A DNA stretch of 24,801 bases from Planctomycetales bacterium (GTDB taxonomy: Bacteria > 4484-113). The position numbers and the translations under genes were made by a program. Of this stretch, positions 7,307 to 16,003 are shown piece after piece (positions within the stretch are counted from its first letter, which is position 1; each line of letters begins with the position of its first letter). Below the pieces are notes generated by a model. The model saw only the letters and a list, made by a program, of their open reading frames with translations. It made no database searches and was not told the origin of the DNA. Location of the stretch: the NCBI GenBank assembly GCA_037445915.1, contig JBBIJQ010000013.1, forward strand, positions 18,062 to 42,862, read 5' to 3'.

Positions 7307-10183
7307 CTATGACTTTCCGACCAGGGTGCGGAAGTCGGGGTCGTTGTGCAGCCGTTCAAACTCAGGCGCGTTTGCGATTAGCTGCACGATCTCAGGGTCA
7401 ATGGACACAGTCTTCTTCAGGATGTTAATCGCTTCCTGGTTCTCGCGCAGCAACACATGCAGGTGCGCGTAGCCCATGAGGAGGTGCGTTGCCTGCGGGA
7501 AGCGGGCCAGGCCTTCGCCGTAAGCCTTACGGGCGCGGTCGTATTCCTTTAGCTGCACCAGGGAAAAAGCCTTGTTCTCATACGCCGGCAAGTAGTCTTT
7601 GTCCAGTGCGATTGCCAAGTCAAAGTGCTCCACCGCTTTTGCGAATTGCTCAAGCTGGGCTAGAATGACGCCCTTGTTCAGGAACGCCTTCTTGTGTGAC
7701 GGGTCTTGTTTGATGCACTGGTCAAACGAGTTTATCGCCTTTAGTTGCTCGCCGAGATCAACCTCCGCCAGCGCCTTTTGATACCAAACCTCTGGCATCT
7801 GCGAGGTAAGCCTGAGGATGCGCTCGGTGGTGTCAGACGCACCCTGCGCATCGCCGCAGAGGTTTTGCGCGGTGGCTTTGTGGAGAAGGTAGTCGGTGTT
7901 CGTCGGGTCAACCTTCAGAGCGTGGTCGTAGGCTTTGACCGCGTCCTTCCAGTTCTGGAGTTCGTCTTCAGCCAGGCCAAGCTGGTACCATGCTTTGGCG
8001 TCTTCTGGGTTTTCAGAAAGGTACTTAGTAAGCCACTCCGCCTTGCCCTCGTTGTCGTTGACTTCGCCCAGAAGAAGCGCCTTGCGGTACCAGACCAGGT
8101 CAAAGTTCGGGTTAATGGAGATGCTCTTGTCAAAGCAGCTAAGGGCTTCGGGGCGCATATGCTTCGCCCAGAGCACCAAGCCCTTGTTGTACCAAACGCG
8201 CGGGTCATCCGGCACGCGCTCAAGATACTTGTTTATGTAAACCAGCGCATCGTCATAGCGCTTGAGGCCATACAGCGTAAGCGCGTAGTTTGACCACGAC
8301 TCTATGTCGTCCGGGGCAACCTCAAGGAAATACTCGTAGGTTTCGCGGGCGCGATCATAGCTGCGGGTCATAACCTCAGCGATACCACGGTTCTTAAACG
8401 CGTAGTCGTCCTCTTCGTTTAGCTCAATCGCCTTATCAAAGTACGCCATCGCGCGGTAGTCCTGTCCGATCTTGCCGAGGAGGATGCCGTTGTTATACCA
8501 GGCCTTAAACAGCCTGGGGTTGGATTCGCGAGAGTTGATGAAGCAGCGGTGCGCTTGGAGCTTGCGCCCTTCTTCGTAAAGCACCATACCCAGGTTATAC
8601 CAGGCGCTGGAGTTGCCGGCGGCGAGTTCAAGACACTTCTCGTACGCCTCGCGCTCTTTTACGATATCGCCTAGCTTGTTGTAGGCGATGCCTATGTTGT
8701 ACCAAAGGGCTTCCTGATCGGACTTAATCGTCAGCGCCTTCTCGTAGGAAGCGGCTTCTTCAGCCCAATTCTCGGCTTCGCGGTATATCAGCCCCTTAAG
8801 CACGTAGTAACCGTAGTCCTTGTCATTGAGGGAAACCGCTTTGTCCACCGAACGGAGCGCCAAGCCGGTCTGGCCTGTCTTGTAGTAGCCCCAAGCCATA
8901 CCGAAATGCGCAATCGGGTTGTCGGGGAACAGCTCAACGATTTTCTTGAACTTAGTGTCAGCGTCTTCAAAGCTGCCCTTCTTCAGGTCGTTGTAAGTAT
9001 GGTTGACGAGCTTGCGCTCGGCTTCCTTCGCCGCACGCTCCTTTTCCTCTTTCTTCTTGAACAGGCCCTTAGTATCCTTTTGCCACTGCTCCATGATGAC
9101 TTCGTAGTTGGCAACCAGGAAGCCTTCATCAAGTATGTCGCGGTGAACCAGGTCCTTGAGTTCAGGAGTCGTCGGGCCCTCGCGCCTCCGGATATCGCCG
9201 TAAGGCAGCACGTTGAAGCGCTGGAAGGAGAACGCCAGTTCCTCCTCCATAGTAGGGAGCTTGAGGTCGGTGGCTATCTGCTCAAACAGGTAATCGCTCT
9301 CGTCAATCTCAAAGAGCTTGAAGTCCTTGCCCTTATCCATGCCGACTGCGAGCAGGTCGGTGATGGCCTCGGGAACCTGCTTGATGTTCCCCTTATAAGC
9401 CCAGAGGAGCCCGCCGCTCAAGAAATCAGGGTAGTCGTGGGCAAGCTCCATCAGCGTGTTCATCACGGAATACTCAGTTCCTGAGTAGCCGACGACGAAC
9501 AGACGCGAGTTGGCAAGCGAGTTGCGCATAAACGCCTTGAAGTCGTCATGGTGCTTTGCCATTCCCTCGCGGATGTAGCGCACGTCATACTTGTCATAGT
9601 CGCCGTGAACCTTAACGATATAACGCCCCTCATCCAGGCTGACGAGCTTCAACTCCTCAATAGAACGGACGGTGATACAGCTCGTGCCGCGCAGGATGTA
9701 GTAGGCATCCTCCGCCAGCGTGTCCCAGTTGGTTGTGTAGAGAATGGGGTGCAGCTTGCCGGCCTTCACGCCGATGACATAAAGCAAGTGAGTCGGCGAA
9801 GGCTGCTTGCCCTTCAACATGTCTTTGAAGAGCTGAGTGCGCAGGTACACACTCGGATACTCTTTTTCCAGAACGCTGATGTACTTATAGTTGGGGTTGA
9901 ACCACTTTTGGCGGATAACCCATTCGCGAAGCTCGTCGGCGGAAACCTGCCCGCGCTTGGCTGGGTTGGCCTTTTCAAACACCCGCACAGTGATGCTGTC
10001 CACTATGTCAAGAGCCTGTGGAACGCCAGCGGACACCGATACGCCTGCGCCGAAAAACATCTGGTAATCCCGGATGTTCGCCATCAGCTTGGCGTATGCG
10101 TCCTCAAACGGGATGATACATTCTGCCAGGACCTCCTTACGGTCCCGTTGGTCCACAGTCTTGATGCGTCTTCTGATAGACAT
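7307..10183 (-). CDS. SIR2-like (SIR2_2, Zn-less sirtuin) domain fused to a long TPR array (about 958 aa)
   Basis: FFGAGVSVSAGVP, LYTTNWDTLAEDA, IVKVHGD and LFVVGYSG are followed by a charged helical linker and about 16 34-aa TPRs (e.g. AWYNLGMVL...A...P), ending in APEFERLHNDPDFRTLV. ATG 10183 is preceded by GGAGGT. Confidence 0.88.
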   Translation of the reverse strand: MSIRRRIKTVDQRDRKEVLAECIIPFEDAYAKLMANIRDYQMFFGAGVSVSAGVPQALDIVDSITVRVFEKANPAKRGQVSADELREWVIRQKWFNPNYKYISVLEKEYPSVYLRTQLFKDMLKGKQPSPTHLLYVIGVKAGKLHPILYTTNWDTLAEDAYYILRGTSCITVRSIEELKLVSLDEGRYIVKVHGDYDKYDVRYIREGMAKHHDDFKAFMRNSLANSRLFVVGYSGTEYSVMNTLMELAHDYPDFLSGGLLWAYKGNIKQVPEAITDLLAVGMDKGKDFKLFEIDESDYLFEQIATDLKLPTMEEELAFSFQRFNVLPYGDIRRREGPTTPELKDLVHRDILDEGFLVANYEVIMEQWQKDTKGLFKKKEEKERAAKEAERKLVNHTYNDLKKGSFEDADTKFKKIVELFPDNPIAHFGMAWGYYKTGQTGLALRSVDKAVSLNDKDYGYYVLKGLIYREAENWAEEAASYEKALTIKSDQEALWYNIGIAYNKLGDIVKEREAYEKCLELAAGNSSAWYNLGMVLYEEGRKLQAHRCFINSRESNPRLFKAWYNNGILLGKIGQDYRAMAYFDKAIELNEEDDYAFKNRGIAEVMTRSYDRARETYEYFLEVAPDDIESWSNYALTLYGLKRYDDALVYINKYLERVPDDPRVWYNKGLVLWAKHMRPEALSCFDKSISINPNFDLVWYRKALLLGEVNDNEGKAEWLTKYLSENPEDAKAWYQLGLAEDELQNWKDAVKAYDHALKVDPTNTDYLLHKATAQNLCGDAQGASDTTERILRLTSQMPEVWYQKALAEVDLGEQLKAINSFDQCIKQDPSHKKAFLNKGVILAQLEQFAKAVEHFDLAIALDKDYLPAYENKAFSLVQLKEYDRARKAYGEGLARFPQATHLLMGYAHLHVLLRENQEAINILKKTVSIDPEIVQLIANAPEFERLHNDPDFRTLVGKS

Positions 10184-10229
10184 TTGCGGATGAAACCTCC
10201 ACCCGTATATTGCCGGAGAGTGAAGTGAG

Positions 10230-10258
10230 ATTATACACTCCCCCTTCATATGCGGCAA
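10230..10258 (-). promoter_or_regulatory. Sigma70-type promoter for the SIR2-TPR-ubiX-bshC operon
   Basis: On the minus strand: TTGCCG (10258-10253), 17-nt spacer, TATAAT (10235-10230). Confidence 0.65.
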
Positions 10259-10314
10259 TACTACTTACAGGAAGAACTCAAAAGCGCCTTGGGAGGCTTG
10301 TTAGGGCAGCCTTC

Positions 10315-10323
10315 TGGTAGAAT
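10315..10323 (+). promoter_or_regulatory. Extended -10 element, probable leaderless start of the phnD-like gene
   Basis: TGGTAGAAT, then 7 nt, then in-frame GTG 10331. Confidence 0.55.
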
Positions 10324-10330
10324 CTGTCCT

Positions 10331-11253
10331 GTGAGACTCCTGATAACAGCCGCTTTGCTAGTGACATTTTCGCTCTTCGCATCCTGTAACCAGCCAGCGC
10401 AGGAGGAAGCCGGCAAGCCCCAGCGCTTCTTGGCCAGCAGCAGAAAACAAGCTGAGCCCGGCAGCGCGAAAAAACCTATCGTCGTGGCTTTTGTGCCTTC
10501 CACCGAAGCCGAGAAGATAGTGGAAGGCGCTCTGCCGCTGATGAAGCTCCTGGAGGATAAGACCGGGCTGAGGTTCAAGGATTACATCGCCACCATGGGC
10601 ATGTGGATGTAGCCTGGCTGCCTACCCTAGCCTATGTCCTCGCACATGAACGCAACGGCGCCCTTGTGACTCTCAAGGCGGTGCGCAGAGGGTCTGACAG
10701 CTATTACGGCATCATCATCACGCGCAACGACTCAGGGGTAAGCGAGCTGGCTGACCTAAAGGGAAAGACATTCGCTTTTGTTGACGCAGCCAGCGCATCC
10801 GGCCACCTCTACCCGCGCGCGCTGCTATTGAAAAATGGCGTTGACCCCGATAAGGACTTGGATCGTTACTTGTTCGTAGGCGGGCATGACAGCGTCGTGA
10901 TGGCGGTATTCAAAGGCAATGTTGAGGCTGGGGCCATTTACGAGGACGCGCGCGACAAGTTCAAGGACACAATGCCTAAAATCCTCAGCGAAACCAAAAT
11001 TATCGCCAAGACTGACCCCATCCCCAGCGACACAGTAAGCTTTTCGTCCAAGCTCCCGCCGGAGCTAGTTGAGAAGATAACGCAAGCGCTGATTGACTTG
11101 ATGAACACGCCGGAAGGGAAAAAGGCCGTCTATGACATCTACCAGGTTGAAGGGCTTGTTGAAGCCAAAGACGAGGACTACAACACCGTGCGGGAGATGG
11201 CAAAGCTGCTCGGCCTTGACTTGGAAAAGTCTGTCCGCGAAGACGCAGGATAG
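10331..11253 (+). pseudogene. phnD: Phosphate/phosphite/phosphonate ABC substrate-binding lipoprotein (PhnD family), split across two frames near 10595
   Basis: First frame: signal peptide with lipobox LFASC, then IVVAFVPS...LEDKTGLRFKDYIAT, stop at 10610-10612. Second (-1) frame: HVDVAWLPTLAYV, DLKGKTFAFVDAASASGHLYP, GGHDSVVMAV, TDPIPSD. This could also be an assembly error. Confidence 0.75.
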
Positions 11254-11267
11254 CTCCGGCTGCGAGC

Positions 11268-12572
11268 CTATTCCGCGTAGGCGCAGTTCCCGTCAATGAA
11301 GGTCGCTTTCACGCGGTCGCGCGTGTCTAGAATGTGCCCGTCAACGACGCAGAAGTCAGCGTCCTTTCCAGCCTGAAGCGACCCCAGCCGCTTGCCTATG
11401 CCGAGTATGCGAGCCGCGCCGATAGTCAGCGCGTTTAGCGCGGCATCCTCCGGCAATCCTTCGCGCACTGCCAGCGCAGCGCAGATAGAAAGCTGCTGTA
11501 TCGGTATGACGGGATGGTCAGTGCAGATTGCAAAGGGAACGCCATGTTCATGCAGGACACGGCAGGTCTGCGTGGAACGCTCGCGCAGCTCGTATTTGAC
11601 GCGCGACGTTCCAATCGGGCCGATGACCGCAGCCACGCCGTATTGCTTGATTAAGTCGGGAACAAGATGCCCTTCTGTGCAATGGTCAAGCGTGAGGCCA
11701 AAGCCGATCTCGCGCGACAGGCGCAGCGCAGTGTGGATATCGTCGGCGCGATGGACATGGAAGCGCACGCTGATTTTACGCTCCAGCACCAGCGCGAGGT
11801 TCTCGTTGCGCACGTCAATGTCAAACGGCTTCTTGGCGCGCTCTTTCGCTGGCAACGCCTCCCACGCTTTCTTCTTCGCCAGATAGTTGCGAGCCGCGGC
11901 GAACGCGCGACGGATCTCGCCAGCATTGCCGAAGCGTGTTGAGGGCGCTTTGTTCTGCGAGCCGTAAACACGAAACGGGTTCTCGCCCAACGCCATCTTC
12001 ATGCTATGCCTGTGCACGAGCATCATCTCATCAACCGTTCGCCCGGCGGTCTTCACTACGACGTTCAGCCCGCCAATCAGGTTGCCGGAGCCAGGGAATA
12101 CGGCCGCTAAGGTCACACCGCCAGCGCGGGCGTCGGGAAAGCTTAGGTCTCGCGGGAAAATGCTGTCTTTGATGTCCAAATGGCCTGTGTTAGGGTCGGT
12201 CAACTCATTAACGTGCACGCCCAGCGGGCCAACGCCGTCTTCAAAGCATCCAAGGTGGCAGTGCGCGTCTATTAAACCGGGGAATATCGTGAGGCCTCTA
12301 GCGTCAATGCGGACATCTTTGTGAAACGCATCCGACACCGGCCGGTCATGTGCGCCTTTCTTCGCCGGGAAAAGGTCGGGAGTCCAGAATGGCGCGGTGG
12401 CGCACCACGACTGCCAATTCTCGTATAGCGCTGCAAAAGTCGCAACCTTGGCGCCCGGGGGCGCAGCCACGCCCTTGCCCACGGCCTTTATCTTCCCAGC
12501 GGCTATCGCGATAGCTGCGTTTTCAATGAAGCCTTTCTCGGTCCAGATGCGCGCGTTGGTGATGTATAGCAT
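11268..12572 (-). CDS. Metal-dependent amidohydrolase (Amidohydro_1 family)
   Basis: IDARGLTIFPGLIDAHCHLG, AGGVT, PGSGNLIGG, MKMALGENP, HVHRADDI, DHCTEG, TDHPV, GSLQAGKDADF. Confidence 0.9.
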   Translation of the reverse strand: MLYITNARIWTEKGFIENAAIAIAAGKIKAVGKGVAAPPGAKVATFAALYENWQSWCATAPFWTPDLFPAKKGAHDRPVSDAFHKDVRIDARGLTIFPGLIDAHCHLGCFEDGVGPLGVHVNELTDPNTGHLDIKDSIFPRDLSFPDARAGGVTLAAVFPGSGNLIGGLNVVVKTAGRTVDEMMLVHRHSMKMALGENPFRVYGSQNKAPSTRFGNAGEIRRAFAAARNYLAKKKAWEALPAKERAKKPFDIDVRNENLALVLERKISVRFHVHRADDIHTALRLSREIGFGLTLDHCTEGHLVPDLIKQYGVAAVIGPIGTSRVKYELRERSTQTCRVLHEHGVPFAICTDHPVIPIQQLSICAALAVREGLPEDAALNALTIGAARILGIGKRLGSLQAGKDADFCVVDGHILDTRDRVKATFIDGNCAYAE

Positions 12573-12579
12573 GGGGTAG

Positions 12580-12585
12580 ATTATA
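12580..12585 (-). promoter_or_regulatory. -10 element, probable leaderless start of the amidohydrolase
   Basis: Minus strand reads TATAAT-CTACCCC-ATG(12572), with no Shine-Dalgarno. Confidence 0.55.
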
Positions 12586-12905
12586 CAGCCAGACCGGCGC
12601 GCGCCGGCCAGCAGGCAGCAGCCTTGAATTACAATAGCTGAAGCTGAATCCCGACAGTGGAATTAGGCCGCCTCAGCGGCTGTTACGCGCCAATGACTAC
12701 GGGAGTGGAGAAAAGCCCCTCAATTAGCGCATGCTCAGCCGCAAGCTGATTGCATTTGGCTTATCACATTCGCGGTAATCGCAGCCCGCAGGAATTTGCC
12801 GGGCGCTACATAGCCGCATTCGCCTGCATGAGTAAGATTGAATCACCTGCCGACACTCCGACAGAAGCAAATTCATCGGGCGATTCCGCACTCAAGTTGG
12901 AAGCG

Positions 12906-13466
12906 TTAGCGGCTGAGCTTGCCGGGGATCTCCAGCGTCTCGTCCAGCTTCCAGTCGCAGATGCCGTCGTAGCTTGCGCTAACGAGCTTGCTGAAGAACT
13001 GGGTGTAAAGATGCTCCTTCTTCTCCTCATCGCCGTAGCAGGCAACAATCTCGCCGAGGAAGAATGTATGGTCGCCAGCAGGAAATTGCGAGTGAAGCTT
13101 GCACTCAAAGGCGGCTGCGCAATCGGCGAGCAGCGGAGCTTTCACTACTTTGGACGGCTGCGTTTTCAAGTTGTATTTCTCCACCTTGCTCACGTCTCGC
13201 CCGCTTATCTTTCCGCACTGCCACGCCTCCAGCGCGATTGACTTGTGTGGGAAGCAGAGCGTGAATTCCTTGCTCTGCTCAATGCACGTATGCGTGTAGC
13301 GCTCAGGGGCAATGGCAATGCCGAGAAGCTTAGGCTTTGCCGAAAGGTAGCACCACCAGCCAACTCCCATTACGTTGGGCACGCCTTTTGCATCCAGCGC
13401 AACCGCCAGCACGTATGAATACGGCGATCCCAGCAAGACCCCTTTAGTCCACTCAACTTCTTTCAT
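12906..13466 (-). CDS. Flavin reductase family FMN-binding protein (flavoredoxin-like)
   Basis: PNVMGVGW, RYTHTCIEQSKEFTL, CGKISGRDVSK, VKAPLLADCAAAFEC, GDHTFFLGEI. ATG 13466 lies 6 nt after GGAGG. Confidence 0.88.
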   Translation of the reverse strand: MKEVEWTKGVLLGSPYSYVLAVALDAKGVPNVMGVGWWCYLSAKPKLLGIAIAPERYTHTCIEQSKEFTLCFPHKSIALEAWQCGKISGRDVSKVEKYNLKTQPSKVVKAPLLADCAAAFECKLHSQFPAGDHTFFLGEIVACYGDEEKKEHLYTQFFSKLVSASYDGICDWKLDETLEIPGKLSR

Positions 13467-13511
13467 GATGCGCCTCCGGCCAATTTGCATGTTGAACACA
13501 TGTTACGGATA

Positions 13512-13586
13512 TCGGGGAGGGGAGATTTGAACTCCCGACCTCTTGGTCCCAAACCAAGCGCGCTAACCGGGCTGCGCCACTCCCCG
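13512..13586 (-). tRNA. tRNA-Pro (anticodon TGG), CCA not encoded
   Basis: Minus strand reads CGGGGAGTGGCGCAGCCCGGTTAGCGCGCTTGGTTTGGGACCAAGAGGTCGGGAGTTCAAATCTCCCCTCCCCGA. Acceptor stem CGGGGAG/CTCCCCG, anticodon arm CTTGG-TTTGGGA-CCAAG, T-loop TTCAAAT. It is followed by TAT. Confidence 0.96.
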
Positions 13587-13596
13587 ATGCGGAGGG

Positions 13597-13605
13597 ATTC
13601 TAGCA
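13597..13605 (-). promoter_or_regulatory. Extended -10 promoter of tRNA-Pro
   Basis: Minus-strand TGCTAGAAT lies 10 nt upstream of the tRNA 5' end. Confidence 0.55.
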
Positions 13606-13624
13606 CGGGGACGCAAAGACAAGC

Positions 13625-14695
13625 TTAGAGCTTGCCGCGCTGCGCGTATTTGATTGACACTTGCTGCGCCAGATTTTGCGCCACACGCGTGAACTCCTGA
13701 GCAACTTTGCCTTCCGGGTCGGATGCGACGACAGGCATTCCCGCGTCATCGGCAGCGCGCATCTTTGAATCAAGCGGTATTCCGCCAAGGAAGGCTATGC
13801 CCAGCCGCTTGCACATCTCTTCGCCGCCGCCCTTATCAAAGATGTGATGTTCCGTGCCGCAATTGTCGCAGATGAAATAGCTCATGTTCTCAACTACGCC
13901 AAGAACCTGTACGTCCATCTTGCGAAACAGCGAGACGACCTTGCCTGCGATGGAGCTTGCCATCGCCTGGGGCGTCGTGACTACCAAAGCGCCAGCAAGC
14001 GGGATGCTCTGCGTCAGCGAAAGCTGCGCATCGCCCGTGCCCGGCGGGAGGTCAACTATGAGGTAATCAAGCTCGCCCCACTGCACGTCTTGCATAAACT
14101 GCGTCAACAGCGAATGCACCATCGGCCCGCGCCATATCACGGCCTGGTCGGGGTCAACAAGAAATCCAAGCGACATCAGCTTAACGCCGAAGCGCTCAAT
14201 GGGGATGAGCTTCTTGTCATCGTTTAGCTCGGGAACTTCGTGGACTCCCAGGAGAATGGGCAAGCTCGGGCCGTAAACGTCAGCGTCAAGCAGCCCTACC
14301 CTCGCGCCTTCTTTCCCAAGCGCGATAGCCACGTTGGCGGCTATAGTGCTTTTGCCCACTCCGCCCTTGCCGCTTGCCACGGCTATCACGTTCTCCACGC
14401 CAGGTATTCGCTGCATGGGTGACGGGCCGCATACTTTGGATGATATTTCAACCTGCACCGATTTAACCCACGGCAGCTTCTTCACTGCCTCCTCCGCATC
14501 GTTCTTGAACATCGCCTTCAACGGGCAGGCGGGGGTCGTCAGCTCAATCGTAAAGCTCACTTCGCCGCCGTTGACAACGAGGTTCTTCACAAACCCCAGC
14601 GTAACGATGTCGGCGTTAAGGTCGGGGTCAATGATTTTGCTCAGCGCGCTGAGCACTTCTTGTGTTCTTGCGTCATCAGTCAATGAGTTCTCCAT
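13625..14695 (-). CDS. mrp: Mrp/ApbC/NBP35 Fe-S cluster carrier ATPase with N-terminal DUF59 domain
   Basis: IIDPDLNADIVTLG and LTTPACP (DUF59), ASGKGGVGKST, LDADVYGPS, WRGPM, DLPPGTGDAQL, VENMSYFICDNC. Confidence 0.95.
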   Translation of the reverse strand: MENSLTDDARTQEVLSALSKIIDPDLNADIVTLGFVKNLVVNGGEVSFTIELTTPACPLKAMFKNDAEEAVKKLPWVKSVQVEISSKVCGPSPMQRIPGVENVIAVASGKGGVGKSTIAANVAIALGKEGARVGLLDADVYGPSLPILLGVHEVPELNDDKKLIPIERFGVKLMSLGFLVDPDQAVIWRGPMVHSLLTQFMQDVQWGELDYLIVDLPPGTGDAQLSLTQSIPLAGALVVTTPQAMASSIAGKVVSLFRKMDVQVLGVVENMSYFICDNCGTEHHIFDKGGGEEMCKRLGIAFLGGIPLDSKMRAADDAGMPVVASDPEGKVAQEFTRVAQNLAQQVSIKYAQRGKL

Positions 14696-14742
14696 TTGGG
14701 CATATGAATTCGCAAAGAATAACTACCACGATAACGGCTAGC

Positions 14743-15765
14743 TTATTCTTTAGGCGGCTTCGCGGGCATTTCGCCGGCATGGCTAGCGACAAGCTTGTCG
14801 CGGCGCTGGATGGCTTTGGAACGCTCGCGGAATGTTCTTTCGTCAGTGAGCTCGTCCAGCGAACGCGCGCGGTTGGCTTCTAGGAAATAAAGCAAGGAAG
14901 CTTCAGTGAGCCACGGCGCGGTTGAAAGATCGCCGGGTGAATAATAGTTTGCGCGCATGAACGGGCGTTTCTTTATAGGATTAATGTACTGCAGGCCAAG
15001 CTTCGCCGCCATCTTCTCAAACTCCACGGGGATGCGCTTGTCCATCTCTGCGGGGGTGAGCCCCCGCTGGTCGGACATATACAGAAAGCGGCTATACATC
15101 GCCGGGAGCATAAGCTCCAGGTGCGTCGCACTCTCGGCGACGAGGAAGTCGGATTGCGGCCGCACCTTTTCAGTGACTTTCAAAGCAGATGCGCGGTAGT
15201 TGAACGGCGATGCAATCCAAAGCTCTGAGCACTGCCCATTCTCGTCAAAGATGAGCATTTGGAGGCTGTCGCCGTCCTGCCAGTAGATGAGGTCGCCGGG
15301 CGTGGCAAACTGGATGCGCGAAGGCTCAATCCGCCGCCCCTGCACCGAAGTCATGCCCATTCCCGGCGCGCCCCCGCTGCCTTGAATCGGCGGGGGGCCG
15401 GCGTTGCCATTCTGTTGCTGCTGGCCGGCATCCTCTTCCAACTGCGCAAACACCCCGCCATGCGGCAAGGCGTCACTCTTGGAGAAGTCCTGCTCGCGGG
15501 GAGTGAACGGGATTTGCTGGATTTGCAGCAAGGTATAGCTGTTGAAGACATCCACGACCCAAAACGGGCTGTTGCGCAGCTCCTGCAGATTCTTGGGGTA
15601 GCGCCCGATTTGCTTCAAATAAACGTGCGCCATGTAGTGGATGGTCTCAAGCTGCGCCTGGGATATCGCCCAAACGCCTGTCATAGCGGTCTGCGCCGGC
15701 GCGGGAATGCTCATCAGCGCAATCACTGCCGTTAGCACTGCTATCACTCTGATGTATGTGCTCAT
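14743..15765 (-). CDS. Secreted hypothetical protein (about 340 aa)
   Basis: Sec-type signal peptide MSTYIRVIAVLTAVIALMSIPAPA/Q and a Q/G/P-rich linker. ATG 15765 is preceded by TATAAT-CTACCT. Confidence 0.75.
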   Translation of the reverse strand: MSTYIRVIAVLTAVIALMSIPAPAQTAMTGVWAISQAQLETIHYMAHVYLKQIGRYPKNLQELRNSPFWVVDVFNSYTLLQIQQIPFTPREQDFSKSDALPHGGVFAQLEEDAGQQQQNGNAGPPPIQGSGGAPGMGMTSVQGRRIEPSRIQFATPGDLIYWQDGDSLQMLIFDENGQCSELWIASPFNYRASALKVTEKVRPQSDFLVAESATHLELMLPAMYSRFLYMSDQRGLTPAEMDKRIPVEFEKMAAKLGLQYINPIKKRPFMRANYYSPGDLSTAPWLTEASLLYFLEANRARSLDELTDERTFRERSKAIQRRDKLVASHAGEMPAKPPKE

Positions 15766-15771
15766 AGGTAG

Positions 15772-15777
15772 ATTATA
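15772..15777 (-). promoter_or_regulatory. -10 element, probable leaderless start
   Basis: Minus strand reads TATAAT-CTACCT-ATG(15765). Confidence 0.55.
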
Positions 15778-16003
15778 GCGCAAGGGGGAAAGGAGCGAGG
15801 GGTATCTAGCAGGTAGCATGGCAGCTTCCTGAGGAGTACGCTGGGCTGATAAGCGCGGCTAGAAACAGACAGGTAAGACGCCAGATATCATGCCCTCCGC
15901 TTCGCCCGTGCCAAACATTCGCGGTGGGTATGATGGGGGGAGGCGGCAGCGGTGCAAAGAGGGGGCAAGCTTACAGCATAGTCCAGAACCCGAGTGGGGC
16001 TGG

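Noticed and set aside
7307-10183. Avs/STAND, Thoeris or SIR2-HerA/pAgo assignment
   Set aside because: There is no Walker A NTPase between SIR2 and the TPRs, and no TIR, SLOG, HerA or Argonaute partner in the window.
10561-10612. Programmed -1 frameshift in phnD
   Set aside because: There is no X XXY YYZ slippery site, and a frameshift would not restore the missing conserved helix.
13509-13511. tRNA lacking an encoded CCA end
   Set aside because: This is common in many bacteria that use a CCA-adding enzyme.
13512-13586. tRNA-Pro as the integration site of a genomic island
   Set aside because: No integrase and no duplicated tRNA 3' end were found by eye, and the flanking genes are housekeeping-like.
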